Source: an uncultured Solirubrobacterales bacterium (lineage in GTDB: Bacteria; Actinomycetota; Thermoleophilia; Solirubrobacterales; Solirubrobacteraceae). From it: a stretch of 64,000 nucleotides of DNA. This document shows, one piece after another, positions 8,501-18,057 of this stretch. Position numbers and translations under genes: made by a program. The notes under the pieces were generated by a model. That model worked only from the letters and a program-made list of their open reading frames with translations, was not told the DNA's origin and searched no databases. Location of the stretch: assembly GCA_963844095.1 (NCBI GenBank), contig CAWJND010000003.1:557924-621923 (forward strand), given 5' to 3'. How positions within the stretch are numbered: position 1 is the first letter of the stretch; each line of letters begins with the position of its first letter.

Positions 8501-9567
8501 GGATCGGGCTGGTAGCCCGCTTCCTTGGCCTGCCAATCGGCCTAGGCACCTACGCGGTCAATCTCTTGCAAGCGCTGGACCGCCGCGACGACGAGCACGA
8601 GTACGTCATCTATACGCCGACCTGGAACGAGGTGCCGCTACTCGGCGAGCGCTTCCAGATTCGGCGCTCCTACGTCCCACGAGGTTCGCGCGCCGCGCAC
8701 ACCCTGTGGGACCAGACGCTGCCGGCTATTGCCGCGGCACGCGAGCCTGTCGATCTCGTCCACTACCTGCACCCGGCGGGCCCGCCGTTTTCGCCGGGCT
8801 GCCCGGTAGTCGTAAACCTGCTGGACGCCATCCGCTGGGTTGTGCCCGGCTATCGCTTGCCCTACCCCTATGACTGGCTTGAACGCCGCGCCGTGCGCCG
8901 CGCCGATCTGATCCTGACACTGTCCGAGAGCGCGCGCCAAGACATCGCACGAGTTTTGTCGATCCCGCGCGAGAGGATCCGCGTCACCTACCTCGGCGCG
9001 CCGCCGCTCGACCCCGAGTCCACGCCGCCCGACGCTGAGCCCACGGCAAAGCAGCCGTACTTCCTGTTCGTTGGCGGCACCGAGAAGCGCAAGAACCTCT
9101 CAACCGTTCTGGACGCGTTCAAGGCGATCGATGGCTACGAGCTGCGGGTCGTCGGCCAAAACACGCCCTCAGCGGTCCACGACGCGCGTTGCGAGCAGAG
9201 CGGTGTGCGCTGGCTCGGCTACGTTGACGAGCAGGAGCTGGTGGAGCTCTACCGACACGCCACCGCGCTCGTATTTCCAAGTCGCTATGAGGGATTTGGG
9301 CTACCAGTGCTCGAGGCGATGGCGCGGCGTACCCCTGTGATCGCGGCCAACGCCTCCTCCATCCCAGAGGTCGCGCGCGACGCGGCGATTCTGATCGACC
9401 CCGACGACGTCGCCGCTTTGAGCGAGGCGATGCGACGGATCGCCGAGGAGCCGGGCTTGGCCTCGCGGATGGTGCAGCGCGGCGTCGAGGTCGTGAAGTC
9501 GTTCAGCTGGGATGAGACGGCGCGCGCAACGGTGGCCGCCTACGACAAGCTTGGCGCGGTGCGATGA
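8497..9567 (+). CDS. Glycosyltransferase family 4
   Basis: VGGTEKRKN and FPSRYEGFGLPVLEAM motifs. Confidence 0.93.
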   Translation: MRIGLVARFLGLPIGLGTYAVNLLQALDRRDDEHEYVIYTPTWNEVPLLGERFQIRRSYVPRGSRAAHTLWDQTLPAIAAAREPVDLVHYLHPAGPPFSPGCPVVVNLLDAIRWVVPGYRLPYPYDWLERRAVRRADLILTLSESARQDIARVLSIPRERIRVTYLGAPPLDPESTPPDAEPTAKQPYFLFVGGTEKRKNLSTVLDAFKAIDGYELRVVGQNTPSAVHDARCEQSGVRWLGYVDEQELVELYRHATALVFPSRYEGFGLPVLEAMARRTPVIAANASSIPEVARDAAILIDPDDVAALSEAMRRIAEEPGLASRMVQRGVEVVKSFSWDETARATVAAYDKLGAVR

Positions 9568-9574
9568 GCTCGTC

Positions 9575-10597
9575 TCAACGGCTGAGCGAGGCTCGCGCGG
9601 CTCGCAGCGCGCGCATCGACTGGCGCGCCGCCACGAACCCGCCGTGCGGGGTGTGATCGTAGAGCTCGCGGTAGAGCCGGTAGCGCAAGCCGGGCTCGCC
9701 GTAGGCCCGGTGGGTGATCCGACGCAACTCGGCCAACTGCTCGGGCTGCTCGTGGGCGAGTGCATAGCGCTTCTCGAGTGCCAGCCACAGTGGGAACTCC
9801 GCCCTCACCGCGCGGCGGACATGGGCGGCCTCGGCGCTGGCGGCCCCGAAGTAGGCCGCGGCGAGATCGTGGTAGCTGTCGATCACCTTGGCGTAGCGGT
9901 TGACGATCCCACGGTCCATAAAGGAGTCGTTGCCGCCGCGCGTGAGCACATAGGAGTCGGGCAGGTAGTCGAATGTAACGCCCTGCGCGATCATCGCAAA
10001 CAGCCGCGCCACGTGAGCGAACAGGCTGCCAACGAATCGCTCCTCGAGCCCGATCGCATCCCATCGCTCACGGCTGAACACGATCGAGCCGAGGAAGCTA
10101 AAGAACGCGAGCGTCGTGCTCGCTTGCGCGAAGTAGCTGAGTCGCTCCTCACGTACGGAGAAGTCAAAGCGCGTCTCGCCGAGAATCTGCGCGACCTCGC
10201 CCTCGAACAGCGGCTCCATCTCAAAGGAGCAGTACGTGACCCCGCACAGCAGCAGCTCCGCGCCGCCGTCGAGCCGGTCGAGCATTTGCGCCAATGCACC
10301 CGGTCGCATCGTGTCATCAGCACCGAACAGCCAGCAGTACTCACCGCGTGCGAGCGCGACCGTGCGCGCCATGTCGCGGTCGATTCCACCCCGCTCGTCC
10401 CGGCGGTGGTAGCGGATCTGTGGGTGGCGCTGCGCGAACGCGCCGACGATCTCCGCGGTGTCGTCGGTCGAGCCACCGTCGAGCACGACGATCTCGACGC
10501 CGTCCTTTAGTTGCGTGGCGATGCTCTGGAGCGTCTCGCCGATGAACGCGCCGAAGTTGTAGGTGGGTATACAGACCGACAGCCGCAGGTCGCTCAC
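9575..10597 (-). CDS. Glycosyltransferase family 2 (RfbV/abequosyltransferase-like)
   Basis: GTG start overlapping the wzx stop; LSVCIPTYN, DGGSTD, GIDRDM, YCWLFGADD. Confidence 0.85.
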   Translation of the reverse strand: MSDLRLSVCIPTYNFGAFIGETLQSIATQLKDGVEIVVLDGGSTDDTAEIVGAFAQRHPQIRYHRRDERGGIDRDMARTVALARGEYCWLFGADDTMRPGALAQMLDRLDGGAELLLCGVTYCSFEMEPLFEGEVAQILGETRFDFSVREERLSYFAQASTTLAFFSFLGSIVFSRERWDAIGLEERFVGSLFAHVARLFAMIAQGVTFDYLPDSYVLTRGGNDSFMDRGIVNRYAKVIDSYHDLAAAYFGAASAEAAHVRRAVRAEFPLWLALEKRYALAHEQPEQLAELRRITHRAYGEPGLRYRLYRELYDHTPHGGFVAARQSMRALRAARASLSR

Positions 10598-12114
10598 GAG
10601 CGGGTGGCCTTCGCCCACCGGCGCGGGATCAGCGCGTGGCGGATCTCGGCGGGGATGATCCCGAGCACAAGCAGCGCGGCGATGTAGAGCGCCGACCCCA
10701 CCACCGCCGAGGCGAGCGAACTGAGGTCCAGGGAGAGCGCGACGGCGCCCGCAAGGACCATCGCCGCGGCTGCCCGCAGCGTAAATCCGGAAGCGAGCCG
10801 CAGCTCGGGTCGTCCGAATGAAAGCGACCGCTCGTAGCAGAGCGCCAGCGTCAACTCGGCCGCCACCATCGCGATCGCCGCTCCCTTGGCCCCATAGGCA
10901 ATGATCAGCGGCACCCCGGCCGCTGCAACGACAATGAGCGCGGCCCCGTTGGACGCGAGCATCGCGCGCAGCCGGTCGAGTGACAACAGCGCATATCCAC
11001 GCGCGCTGATGACAAAGGTCCCAAGCAGAGCGAAGGCCAGGATGCGAAGGACATCGATCGATGGTCCGAATCCCGGACCGGCGATGAGCCGGATGGCGAA
11101 CCCCGCGCCGAGGAATAGGCCGAGCGCCACGCCGCAGCCGGCGATCAACATCGTCTCCGCGAGCCGGCGGCTCGCGTAGCTGAACCGCTGCTTGTCGTCG
11201 CGTGCAGTGCGCGCGAGTAGCGGGAGCGCCGTTGAGACGAGCAGCGCGGGCACAGTGGTGAACGCGGCCAACACGCGGAACGACACGCCGAAGTACCCGG
11301 TCTGGGCCGAGCTCGACAGTACCGACACCAGGATCTGACCAAGCTGGAAGTAGACGACCGAGAGGACGACGCCGGCGGAGTAGGGCAGGATCCGACCGAC
11401 CATCATGCGCCACTCCCGCGTGTCGATCTTTGGGAGCACGCGGGAATCGCGTCCGCCTATCACTACGGTGAGCACAAGCGCAGGTACAACGATGGGCAGT
11501 TGGAGCGCAAAGAAAGGGAGCAGGCTGGCGCCAGCCAGCGCCAGCAATAGGGCCTCGATCGCTACCCCGACCTGGATCGCGAGCTGAAGGCCGGCCACCC
11601 ACCCGAACCGCAGCCCAACCTGGAGCGGGATCGAGCACCCGTCCTGAACGGTGAGCACGACCATGCCGGCTCCGGCGAAGACGGTCCCGATTACCATCAC
11701 GTGCGGATAGCCGACGAGCAGGCCGAAGAGTACGGCGAGTGCTACTCCGCTCAGCGCGATCACAATGCGGATCCCCAGGAGGTTGCGCAGGAAGAGCTGA
11801 CCCTCAGGCCTCGGTCCGGACGCGTACTCGCGCACGGCGATTCCGGTGAGTCCCAAATCACTAATCGTGGCGACGATCATGACAAGCGCCATCACCGTCG
11901 TGAAGTGCCCGGTGTCGATCAAGCCGAGGTGCCGGATGACGACAGCACCCGAGGCGACCGTGGCCAGCGTGCCGATCCCGTAGCCACCGAAGCGCAGCAG
12001 GCCACCGCGGATGACTGCGGGCCCAGCGTCCGTCGTATCGAGGATGTCCCCCGGCTCGCGGCCAGGCGTTTCGGCCAGCGCCGGATCGCCGTCGGCTGGG
12101 AGCGTCGATACCAT
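10594..12114 (-). CDS. wzx: Wzx-type oligosaccharide flippase
   Basis: Many hydrophobic segments, SDLGLTGIAVRE and QTGYFGVSFRV patterns; start uncertain. Confidence 0.85.
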   Translation of the reverse strand: MVSTLPADGDPALAETPGREPGDILDTTDAGPAVIRGGLLRFGGYGIGTLATVASGAVVIRHLGLIDTGHFTTVMALVMIVATISDLGLTGIAVREYASGPRPEGQLFLRNLLGIRIVIALSGVALAVLFGLLVGYPHVMVIGTVFAGAGMVVLTVQDGCSIPLQVGLRFGWVAGLQLAIQVGVAIEALLLALAGASLLPFFALQLPIVVPALVLTVVIGGRDSRVLPKIDTREWRMMVGRILPYSAGVVLSVVYFQLGQILVSVLSSSAQTGYFGVSFRVLAAFTTVPALLVSTALPLLARTARDDKQRFSYASRRLAETMLIAGCGVALGLFLGAGFAIRLIAGPGFGPSIDVLRILAFALLGTFVISARGYALLSLDRLRAMLASNGAALIVVAAAGVPLIIAYGAKGAAIAMVAAELTLALCYERSLSFGRPELRLASGFTLRAAAAMVLAGAVALSLDLSSLASAVVGSALYIAALLVLGIIPAEIRHALIPRRWAKATRS

Positions 12115-12199
12115 CCGCGAACAGGATATTGGACCGTCGATGTCGCTCATGCGCAAACATCGTTTCTCGAGCCATGGCGGGACCTGCCCTCCTCCTTCA

Positions 12200-12226
12200 A
12201 TGCACATCGCGTTCGTCAATCACGTT
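12200..12226 (+). repeat. Short diverged copy of the 5' end of the GT4 gene at 12975
   Basis: ATGCACATCGCGTTCGTCAATCAC (MHIAFVNH) versus ATGCACATAGCTCTAGTCCATCAT (MHIALVHH). Confidence 0.5.
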
Positions 12227-12312
12227 CAGTCCGAGACAGGCACGGTCCTCTCGAAGGCGAGATATAACGCTCCCGACGACGAAGGCGCTACCGTGCGCGA
12301 GGTGCGGCCCTC

Positions 12313-12804
12313 GTGACGGTACGTCATCGCCTCATGGCGCCGGTGCGCCGGCGGCTGTGGGCCTGGCTTGCGGACTCGCCTGAGGCTAGGGCAAGCTTCG
12401 CGGCGGCCATGCTCAAGCAGGGACTTGACGAGTACCGAGTCTTCGGCGATCCCGCCAGGCTGCGCATCGATCCCACAGCGAACGTGAACGACGCCCTCTT
12501 CAACACCGAATCGGGCACGATCGCCGTCGGCGAGCATGCGTTCTTTGGATTTCGTGTGCTCCTGCTCACGGGTACGCACGACATCACGGCTCGTGGTGCC
12601 GCCCGTCGGGACGCGGTCCCGACGCAGGGACGGGACATCGTCATCGAGCGGGGTGCATGGGTGGCGAGCGGGGCGATCGTGCTTGGACCGTGCACTGTCG
12701 GCGAGTCGGCGGTGGTCGCGGCTGGAGCGGTGGTTACCGGCGACGTGCCGGCGCGAGTAGTAGTCGGCGGAGTCCCTGCCCGGGTGATCCGCGAACTGGC
12801 CTGA
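12313..12804 (+). CDS. Left-handed beta-helix O-acetyltransferase
   Basis: LLTGTHD, hexapeptide repeats, VVAAGAVVTGDVP..VVVGGVPARVIR. Confidence 0.9.
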   Translation: MTVRHRLMAPVRRRLWAWLADSPEARASFAAAMLKQGLDEYRVFGDPARLRIDPTANVNDALFNTESGTIAVGEHAFFGFRVLLLTGTHDITARGAARRDAVPTQGRDIVIERGAWVASGAIVLGPCTVGESAVVAAGAVVTGDVPARVVVGGVPARVIRELA

Positions 12805-12974
12805 AGGATCGACGCCTAGTCGGCAAAGGCCCGCTTGTCAGGGCCGGCTGGCCTGGGGCGGCTCGCGGAGAATTGAGCGTGCGGGTAGCATCTCGCGGCA
12901 GAGGATTCGACTGTCGTCGTACCCCGAATGCGAACTTGCGGGGGTAGCAACGATGGACCGCCGACTCACCCGCT

Positions 12975-14183
12975 ATGCACATAGCTCTAGTCCATCATCA
13001 CGTCGGCGGCAAGGCTGGCGGGGGCGGGGGCGTGCGGCTGATGCTCGAGCTGGGAACGGGTTTGGTCAGGCGCGGTCATCGCGTCACGATCGCCTGCCAC
13101 GACTACCTGCCAGGCAGCGAGTTCTCATACGCCTCCGATCAGCTTGAGATCCGCTCGGTCAGGCGCGGCATCTCCGAGCTGCCCGCGGGCAACCGTGCCC
13201 TGGCTCGTCGCTTCTGGCTGGACATGCCGAAGGTCGCGAGGCTGGTGCCGGACGACGCGGATGTAGTCAACGCCCACGAGTGGCTGGCGCTGCGGCCGGG
13301 ACGAATCGCCGCCAGGCGCCTGTCTGTCCCACTAGTGTGGACGCGCAACGACGAAAGCCTGTGGGAGCGAGCGATCGTGCCGGAGCAAACGATCACGGGC
13401 GCGCGCTCGCCCGCGCGGCGCGTGCTGCAGGGTCTGTTGACGTGGCCGGATCTGCTCGACGCCCGCCGCGCGAGTGCGATAGCTGTGCTGAGCGCCCAAC
13501 AAGTCGAGATGGTCCGTCGCAGCTATCGTAAGGATGCCACGATCGTCCCGGTCGGACCGGCGGCGCACTTCTTCGATCCGCCCAACCGCGCAGCGGCACG
13601 TGCGCGGCTCGGCATCCCCGACGACGTATTCCTGGTCGTGGGCTCAGGCATCCTCGTCGAGCACCGGCGCTTTGAGGACTTGATCGAGGCGATGTCGCTG
13701 CTGTCCGACGATCCCAAGGTCCACGCGCTGATTTCCGGCTCTGACCACGTCGATCCGGCCTACGCGGACCGGCTGGCCGAGCAGATCGTTGCGCGCGAAC
13801 TGGGCTCCTGCGTGACGCTGCCACGCCGGTCGCTGTCAGACGCCGAGCTGAAGGACACCTACGCTGCCGCGGATGTGTTCGCGATCCTCAGCGAGCGCTA
13901 CGCGTGGGGACTCGCGCCGCTCGAGGCGATTGCCTCTGGGACCCCTGTGATCCTCACGCCGGGGGCTGGCGTCTACGACATTCTCGCCGGTCGCCCGGGC
14001 GTGCAGGCGGTGCCGGCGCGGGACCCATCCGCGATGGCGCAGGCGATTCGGCGATGGCGCGCAGGCGAGGGCCGAGCAGGACTCGAGTCCACACGCTCAT
14101 GGCTGCACGAGCAGTATTCGCTTGACTCTTACGTCCAACGGATGGAGCAGATCTACGCCGACGCGGTTGGGGCGGGCCGTTAG
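12975..14183 (+). CDS. Glycosyltransferase family 4
   Basis: GT-B layout, YAAADVF..YAWGLAPLEAIASGTPV. Confidence 0.88.
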   Translation: MHIALVHHHVGGKAGGGGGVRLMLELGTGLVRRGHRVTIACHDYLPGSEFSYASDQLEIRSVRRGISELPAGNRALARRFWLDMPKVARLVPDDADVVNAHEWLALRPGRIAARRLSVPLVWTRNDESLWERAIVPEQTITGARSPARRVLQGLLTWPDLLDARRASAIAVLSAQQVEMVRRSYRKDATIVPVGPAAHFFDPPNRAAARARLGIPDDVFLVVGSGILVEHRRFEDLIEAMSLLSDDPKVHALISGSDHVDPAYADRLAEQIVARELGSCVTLPRRSLSDAELKDTYAAADVFAILSERYAWGLAPLEAIASGTPVILTPGAGVYDILAGRPGVQAVPARDPSAMAQAIRRWRAGEGRAGLESTRSWLHEQYSLDSYVQRMEQIYADAVGAGR

Positions 14184-15289
14184 CCTCCGCGCGCCGCCGG
14201 TTCGAGCGCGGCCAGCGTGCGCTCGGCAAAGCGCGCCCAGGTGAACTCGCGCGAGCGGAGGAGAGCACGTGCGCCGAGTTCGGCCCGATGCGTGGCGGAA
14301 GTCAGCAGCCGTTCGAGTTCGGCTGCAATGGCGGCAACCTCGCGCGGGTCGACGTAATCGACCGCGTCACCTCCCACCTCGGGCAGCGAGGAGAGATTCG
14401 ACGTGAGTACCGCAGCGCCCGCCGCCATCGCCTCGAGCACCGGCAGGCCGAAGCCCTCGCCGAGCGAGGGGTAGCAGAAGACCGCGCAGCGGCGATACAG
14501 CTCGGCAAGTGCCGCGTCGGATACGTGGCCGAGCATCGTGCAGCGGTCCTCGAGCGAGCGCAGCGCGTCGAGCGTCGCGCCGGTCTCCCAGCCAAGCGCG
14601 CCCACCACCACGAGCGGATGCTCGGCCTGCAAGCGCTGGTCCAGCCGGCGGTATGCCTCCACCAGCCGCGGCAGATTCTTGCGTGGCTCGAGCGTGCCGA
14701 CCGCGAGCACGAAGCCCGCCGCCGGCAGCGTCTCGGCCTCCTCGGCGTCAAGCGTGCCCGCGAGCGCGGGAGTGACACCGAGCGGTGCCACGACCGTGCG
14801 ACCGACAGCCCGTGGGAAGCGGGCGCCAAGGGCGTCGGCGGTAGTTTGGGAGATGGCCAACAGCGAAGTCGAGCGGCGCACGGCGGTGCCCAGCGTCAAG
14901 CGCTCGATGACGGTCGAGCGGCGGTTGGGGCGCATCGTGGGTTCGAAGGTGACCATGTCGTAGACGATCGGCACCGTTGGGACGCGGGTGAAGGCTGTGG
15001 TCAGGTAGGAGTTGGATGAGAGAAATACGTCGCACTCGCGGTTGGCCGCGCGTGCCGCGAGCACATGCCACCAGGGCTCACGTGCGCCGATGAGCCGCCA
15101 GGAGAAGCGCTCGTCGAGCGGCTGCTCGGTCCAGGCGCTGCGCGCGTAGAGGACGTAGCGATGGCGGTCGTCGTGCTCGCGTTCGCTGAGCGCACGCAGC
15201 AGCTCGCGCACGACGCGCCCGCGTCCCGCGGGAACCTCGCTGGCGGCGCGCGCGTCGATGCCGATTGTGTGGCAGGGCCCTGTGCTCAT
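14180..15289 (-). CDS. Glycosyltransferase family 4
   Basis: VGTLEPRKNL and YPSLGEGFGLPVLEAM. Confidence 0.93.
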   Translation of the reverse strand: MSTGPCHTIGIDARAASEVPAGRGRVVRELLRALSEREHDDRHRYVLYARSAWTEQPLDERFSWRLIGAREPWWHVLAARAANRECDVFLSSNSYLTTAFTRVPTVPIVYDMVTFEPTMRPNRRSTVIERLTLGTAVRRSTSLLAISQTTADALGARFPRAVGRTVVAPLGVTPALAGTLDAEEAETLPAAGFVLAVGTLEPRKNLPRLVEAYRRLDQRLQAEHPLVVVGALGWETGATLDALRSLEDRCTMLGHVSDAALAELYRRCAVFCYPSLGEGFGLPVLEAMAAGAAVLTSNLSSLPEVGGDAVDYVDPREVAAIAAELERLLTSATHRAELGARALLRSREFTWARFAERTLAALEPAARGG

Positions 15290-15400
15290 GTTCACGGGAG
15301 GCTAGCTTCAGGCCCAGCGTGGACGCACGCTGCCGCGAACCCGCAGTCAAATATCGCAAATGACTGTGCCAATCGCATTGCGTTTTGTTATGCTGATCGT

Positions 15401-15649
15401 ATGGCCCAACTGGTAGCAAGAGTTGACGACGCGCTTGTCGCGCAGGTTGATCGCCTTGTCGCCGACGGGATAGTGGCCAGTCGCTCCGAGGCGATGCGCA
15501 TAGGTTTGGAGGGTCTGGTGGAGGAGAATCGGCGCAAGCTCGTCGGAGCGCGGATCGTCGATGGCTACCGTCGTCTGCCGCAGACCGAGGAAGAGTTGGC
15601 GGGTTTGGATGTCGCGACGCGAGCGCTGGTCGAAGAGGAGCCCTGGTGA
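15401..15649 (+). CDS. Ribbon-helix-helix antitoxin
   Basis: MAQLVARVDDALVAQVDRLV..ASRSEAMR; ends EEPW overlapping the toxin start; TATGCT -10 box 6 nt upstream. Confidence 0.85.
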   Translation: MAQLVARVDDALVAQVDRLVADGIVASRSEAMRIGLEGLVEENRRKLVGARIVDGYRRLPQTEEELAGLDVATRALVEEEPW

Positions 15650-15957
15650 TGGTGCCGCGCCAAGGGGAGGTGTGGTGGGCCGAGGCCGAGGACAAGCGCC
15701 GCCCGGTGCTGGTCGTGACTCGCTCGGAGGCTGTGGGTGTACTCACCAGCCTCGTGGTGGCTCCAGTGACTCGCACAGTGCGCGACATTCCGACCGAGCT
15801 CGCACTGGGCGAGCCTGAGGGTCTGCCCGTCGAATGCGCCGCCTCATTCGACAATCTTCAGCGGGTCAGGCGCGCCGCGCTGACCGCGCAGGTGGGCGAC
15901 CTCGGGTCACGCCGCGGAGAGATCTGTCACGCCCTACGGGCGCTCGCTGATTGTTGA
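15646..15957 (+). CDS. mazF: MazF/PemK family toxin
   Basis: QGEVWWAE..KRRPVLVVTR..VAPVTRTVRDIPTE..ASFDNLQ. Confidence 0.9.
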   Translation: MMVPRQGEVWWAEAEDKRRPVLVVTRSEAVGVLTSLVVAPVTRTVRDIPTELALGEPEGLPVECAASFDNLQRVRRAALTAQVGDLGSRRGEICHALRALADC

Positions 15958-16044
15958 GTGGCTAGGACGAGCTGATCCTGGCTTTTGCCAAGGCTGCGGC
16001 CGCATGCGCTACACAGCAATACATCGCTATACTAGCGAAGCATA

Positions 16045-16467
16045 GTGCCCTCCAAGACCAAGCAGAGCGTCGCCTTTCGCTTCGATCCGATTACCGTCAA
16101 GCGTCTGAAGCAGCGCGCTCTGGATACGCACGCAGCGCAGACGGCCCTGGCCGAGCGCTATATCGAGGAGGGCTTGCGCCACGACGAGCACCCGCTCATC
16201 TTCTTTCGCGATGGCGCGGCCGGTCGCAGACCTGCGCTGCTCGGCAGCCGCTTGGACGTTGCGGAGGTCATCGAGACAATCCGCCAGAACGACAATTCGC
16301 TCGAGGACGCCGCCGACTATCTGGAGATACCTGTCGCACATGTCGATGCCTGCTTGAGCTATTACGCCGATTACAAGGACGAGATAGACGTTTGGGTCGA
16401 GCGTACGCGCGCCACCGCCGAGCGTGAGCGTGGGCGTTGGCAGCGTCGCCTGCAAGCGCTCGCGTGA
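16045..16467 (+). CDS. RHH plus DUF433 antitoxin
   Basis: HPLIFFRDGAAGRRPALLGSRLDVAEVI..YYADYKDEID; CGCTA-tac-TAGCG palindrome over a TATACT -10 box at 16025-16037. Confidence 0.85.
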   Translation: MPSKTKQSVAFRFDPITVKRLKQRALDTHAAQTALAERYIEEGLRHDEHPLIFFRDGAAGRRPALLGSRLDVAEVIETIRQNDNSLEDAADYLEIPVAHVDACLSYYADYKDEIDVWVERTRATAERERGRWQRRLQALA

Positions 16468-16829
16468 GGCTGCTGCTCGATGAGATGATCTCGCCGCGCA
16501 TCGCTCGTGAGTTGCGCGGGGCAGGGCACGACGTGCAGGCGATCAAGAAGGACCGTCCCGATCTCATCGGGGGCAGCGATCGTGAGATCGTTCAGCGAAT
16601 GGCTGTCGAGTGGCGAGCGATCGTCACCAACGACGTGGGCGACTTCCAGGAGATACATGAGCGACTGATGGCCACCGGGGAGGATCACGCCGGCATGGTC
16701 TTTACCTTCGATGCGACGATGCCGCGCAGTAAGGCAACGGTCGAGCTGTGGGTGCAGACGCTGGCTGCTTTGCTCGGCGAGCACGCCGACGAGCGAGCCC
16801 TTCAAAACCAGGCCATCCATCTCCCTTGA
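16464..16829 (+). CDS. DUF5615/Mut7-C-like PIN toxin
   Basis: GTG start; RLLLDEMIS..GHDV..SDREI..AIVTNDVGDF..HAGM. Confidence 0.87.
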   Translation: MRLLLDEMISPRIARELRGAGHDVQAIKKDRPDLIGGSDREIVQRMAVEWRAIVTNDVGDFQEIHERLMATGEDHAGMVFTFDATMPRSKATVELWVQTLAALLGEHADERALQNQAIHLP

Positions 16830-17992
16830 GCACGCGTTCGGCAGATCCATTGCACGTCGGCCTGAACCTGATCTTCCTCGTGCCCGGTGAGACCGGCGGC
16901 ATGGAGGTCGCGGCACGCGAGCTGATCCCGGCTTTGATCGAGGCTGCCCCGCCCGATACGCGCTTCACCGCGTTCGTCAACCGCGAGGCCGCCGCCGCCA
17001 AAGACGGCCCCTGGGGCGAGTTGCTGCCGGCGGTGACCGTGCCCGTCGACGCGCGTAACCGGGTGCAGTGGGTGCGCGGCGAGCAACTGCTGCTGCCGCG
17101 CCTTGCCGCTCGTGCCGGCGTCGACCTCGTGCACAGCCTCGCGAGCACCGCGCCGGCGCGCGGACGCTTTCGCCGCGTGGTAACGGTCCACGACCTGATC
17201 TACGCGCGCTTCCCCGAGGCGCACGCGGGCATCCGCGACCTGGGCATGCGCGTGCTCGTGCCACTGGCGGTGCGCCGCTCCGATCGCGTGATCGTCAACT
17301 CGCACAGCACGCAGCGCGACCTGGTCGAGCTGCTGGGGACGTCCTCCGAGCGCATCGACGTGGTCCCGTTGGGGATCGGCACGGTGGCGCGCAGCCAGCC
17401 GCTGCCAGAGCGAGAGCTGCGCGAGCGCCTGCGCCTGGGCGAGCGGCCGATCGCTTTGAGCCTGTCAGCCAAGCGCCCGCACAAGAACCTGCTCACGCTG
17501 ATCGGCGCGCTCGCGCTGATTCCGGCGGAGCGCCGGCCGCTGCTGGTGCTGCCGGGCTACCCGACCGAGCATGAGGCGCAGCTGCGCGAGCGTGCGCGCA
17601 CGGCCGGGGTGGAGAGTGACGTGCGTTTCCTGGATTGGCTGAGCGGCGAGGAGTTCGAGGGGCTGTGGCGGGTGGCAAAAGCTTTTGTCTACCCGTCGCT
17701 GTACGAGGGCTTTGGACTGCCGGTGCTCGAGGCGATGGCGCGCGGGGTGCCGGTCGCCTGCTCAAACGCCTCCTCGCTGCCGGAGGTCGCGGGCGAGGCC
17801 GCGCTGCTGTTCGACCCGCACGACAAGCGCGCGATCGCCTCAGCGCTTGAGCGTCTGCTCTCCCAGAGCGATCAGGGCCGAGCGGAGGTCGAGCATCTGT
17901 GTGCCCGCGGCCTGGAGCGGGCGCGCGAGTTCACCTGGGAGCGCACGGCGCGGCTGACGCTCGAGAGCTACGGTCGGGCGCTGGGCGGCTGA
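16826..17992 (+). CDS. Glycosyltransferase family 4
   Basis: Probable TTG start overlapping the toxin stop; HVGLNLIFLVPGETGG, YPSLYEGFGLPVLEAM. Confidence 0.92.
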   Translation: MSTRSADPLHVGLNLIFLVPGETGGMEVAARELIPALIEAAPPDTRFTAFVNREAAAAKDGPWGELLPAVTVPVDARNRVQWVRGEQLLLPRLAARAGVDLVHSLASTAPARGRFRRVVTVHDLIYARFPEAHAGIRDLGMRVLVPLAVRRSDRVIVNSHSTQRDLVELLGTSSERIDVVPLGIGTVARSQPLPERELRERLRLGERPIALSLSAKRPHKNLLTLIGALALIPAERRPLLVLPGYPTEHEAQLRERARTAGVESDVRFLDWLSGEEFEGLWRVAKAFVYPSLYEGFGLPVLEAMARGVPVACSNASSLPEVAGEAALLFDPHDKRAIASALERLLSQSDQGRAEVEHLCARGLERAREFTWERTARLTLESYGRALGG

Positions 17993-18023
17993 GCTGCATG
18001 ATGTCCAGGCATCGCCGAGGCTC

Positions 18024-18054
18024 TATAATCTGTCTTAGTCTAAGTTAGATTATA
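18024..18054. promoter_or_regulatory. 31-bp palindrome containing TATAAT on both strands, probable operator/promoter
   Basis: TATAATCTGTCTTAG-T-CTAAGTTAGATTATA, 13 of 15 arm positions match, ends 3 nt before the ATG. Confidence 0.75.
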
Positions 18055-18057
18055 AAT

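Noticed and set aside
10598-11638. N-terminal extension of the 687-aa ORF 9575-11638
   Set aside because: It overlaps wzx in another frame; the GT2 motif starts at GTG 10597
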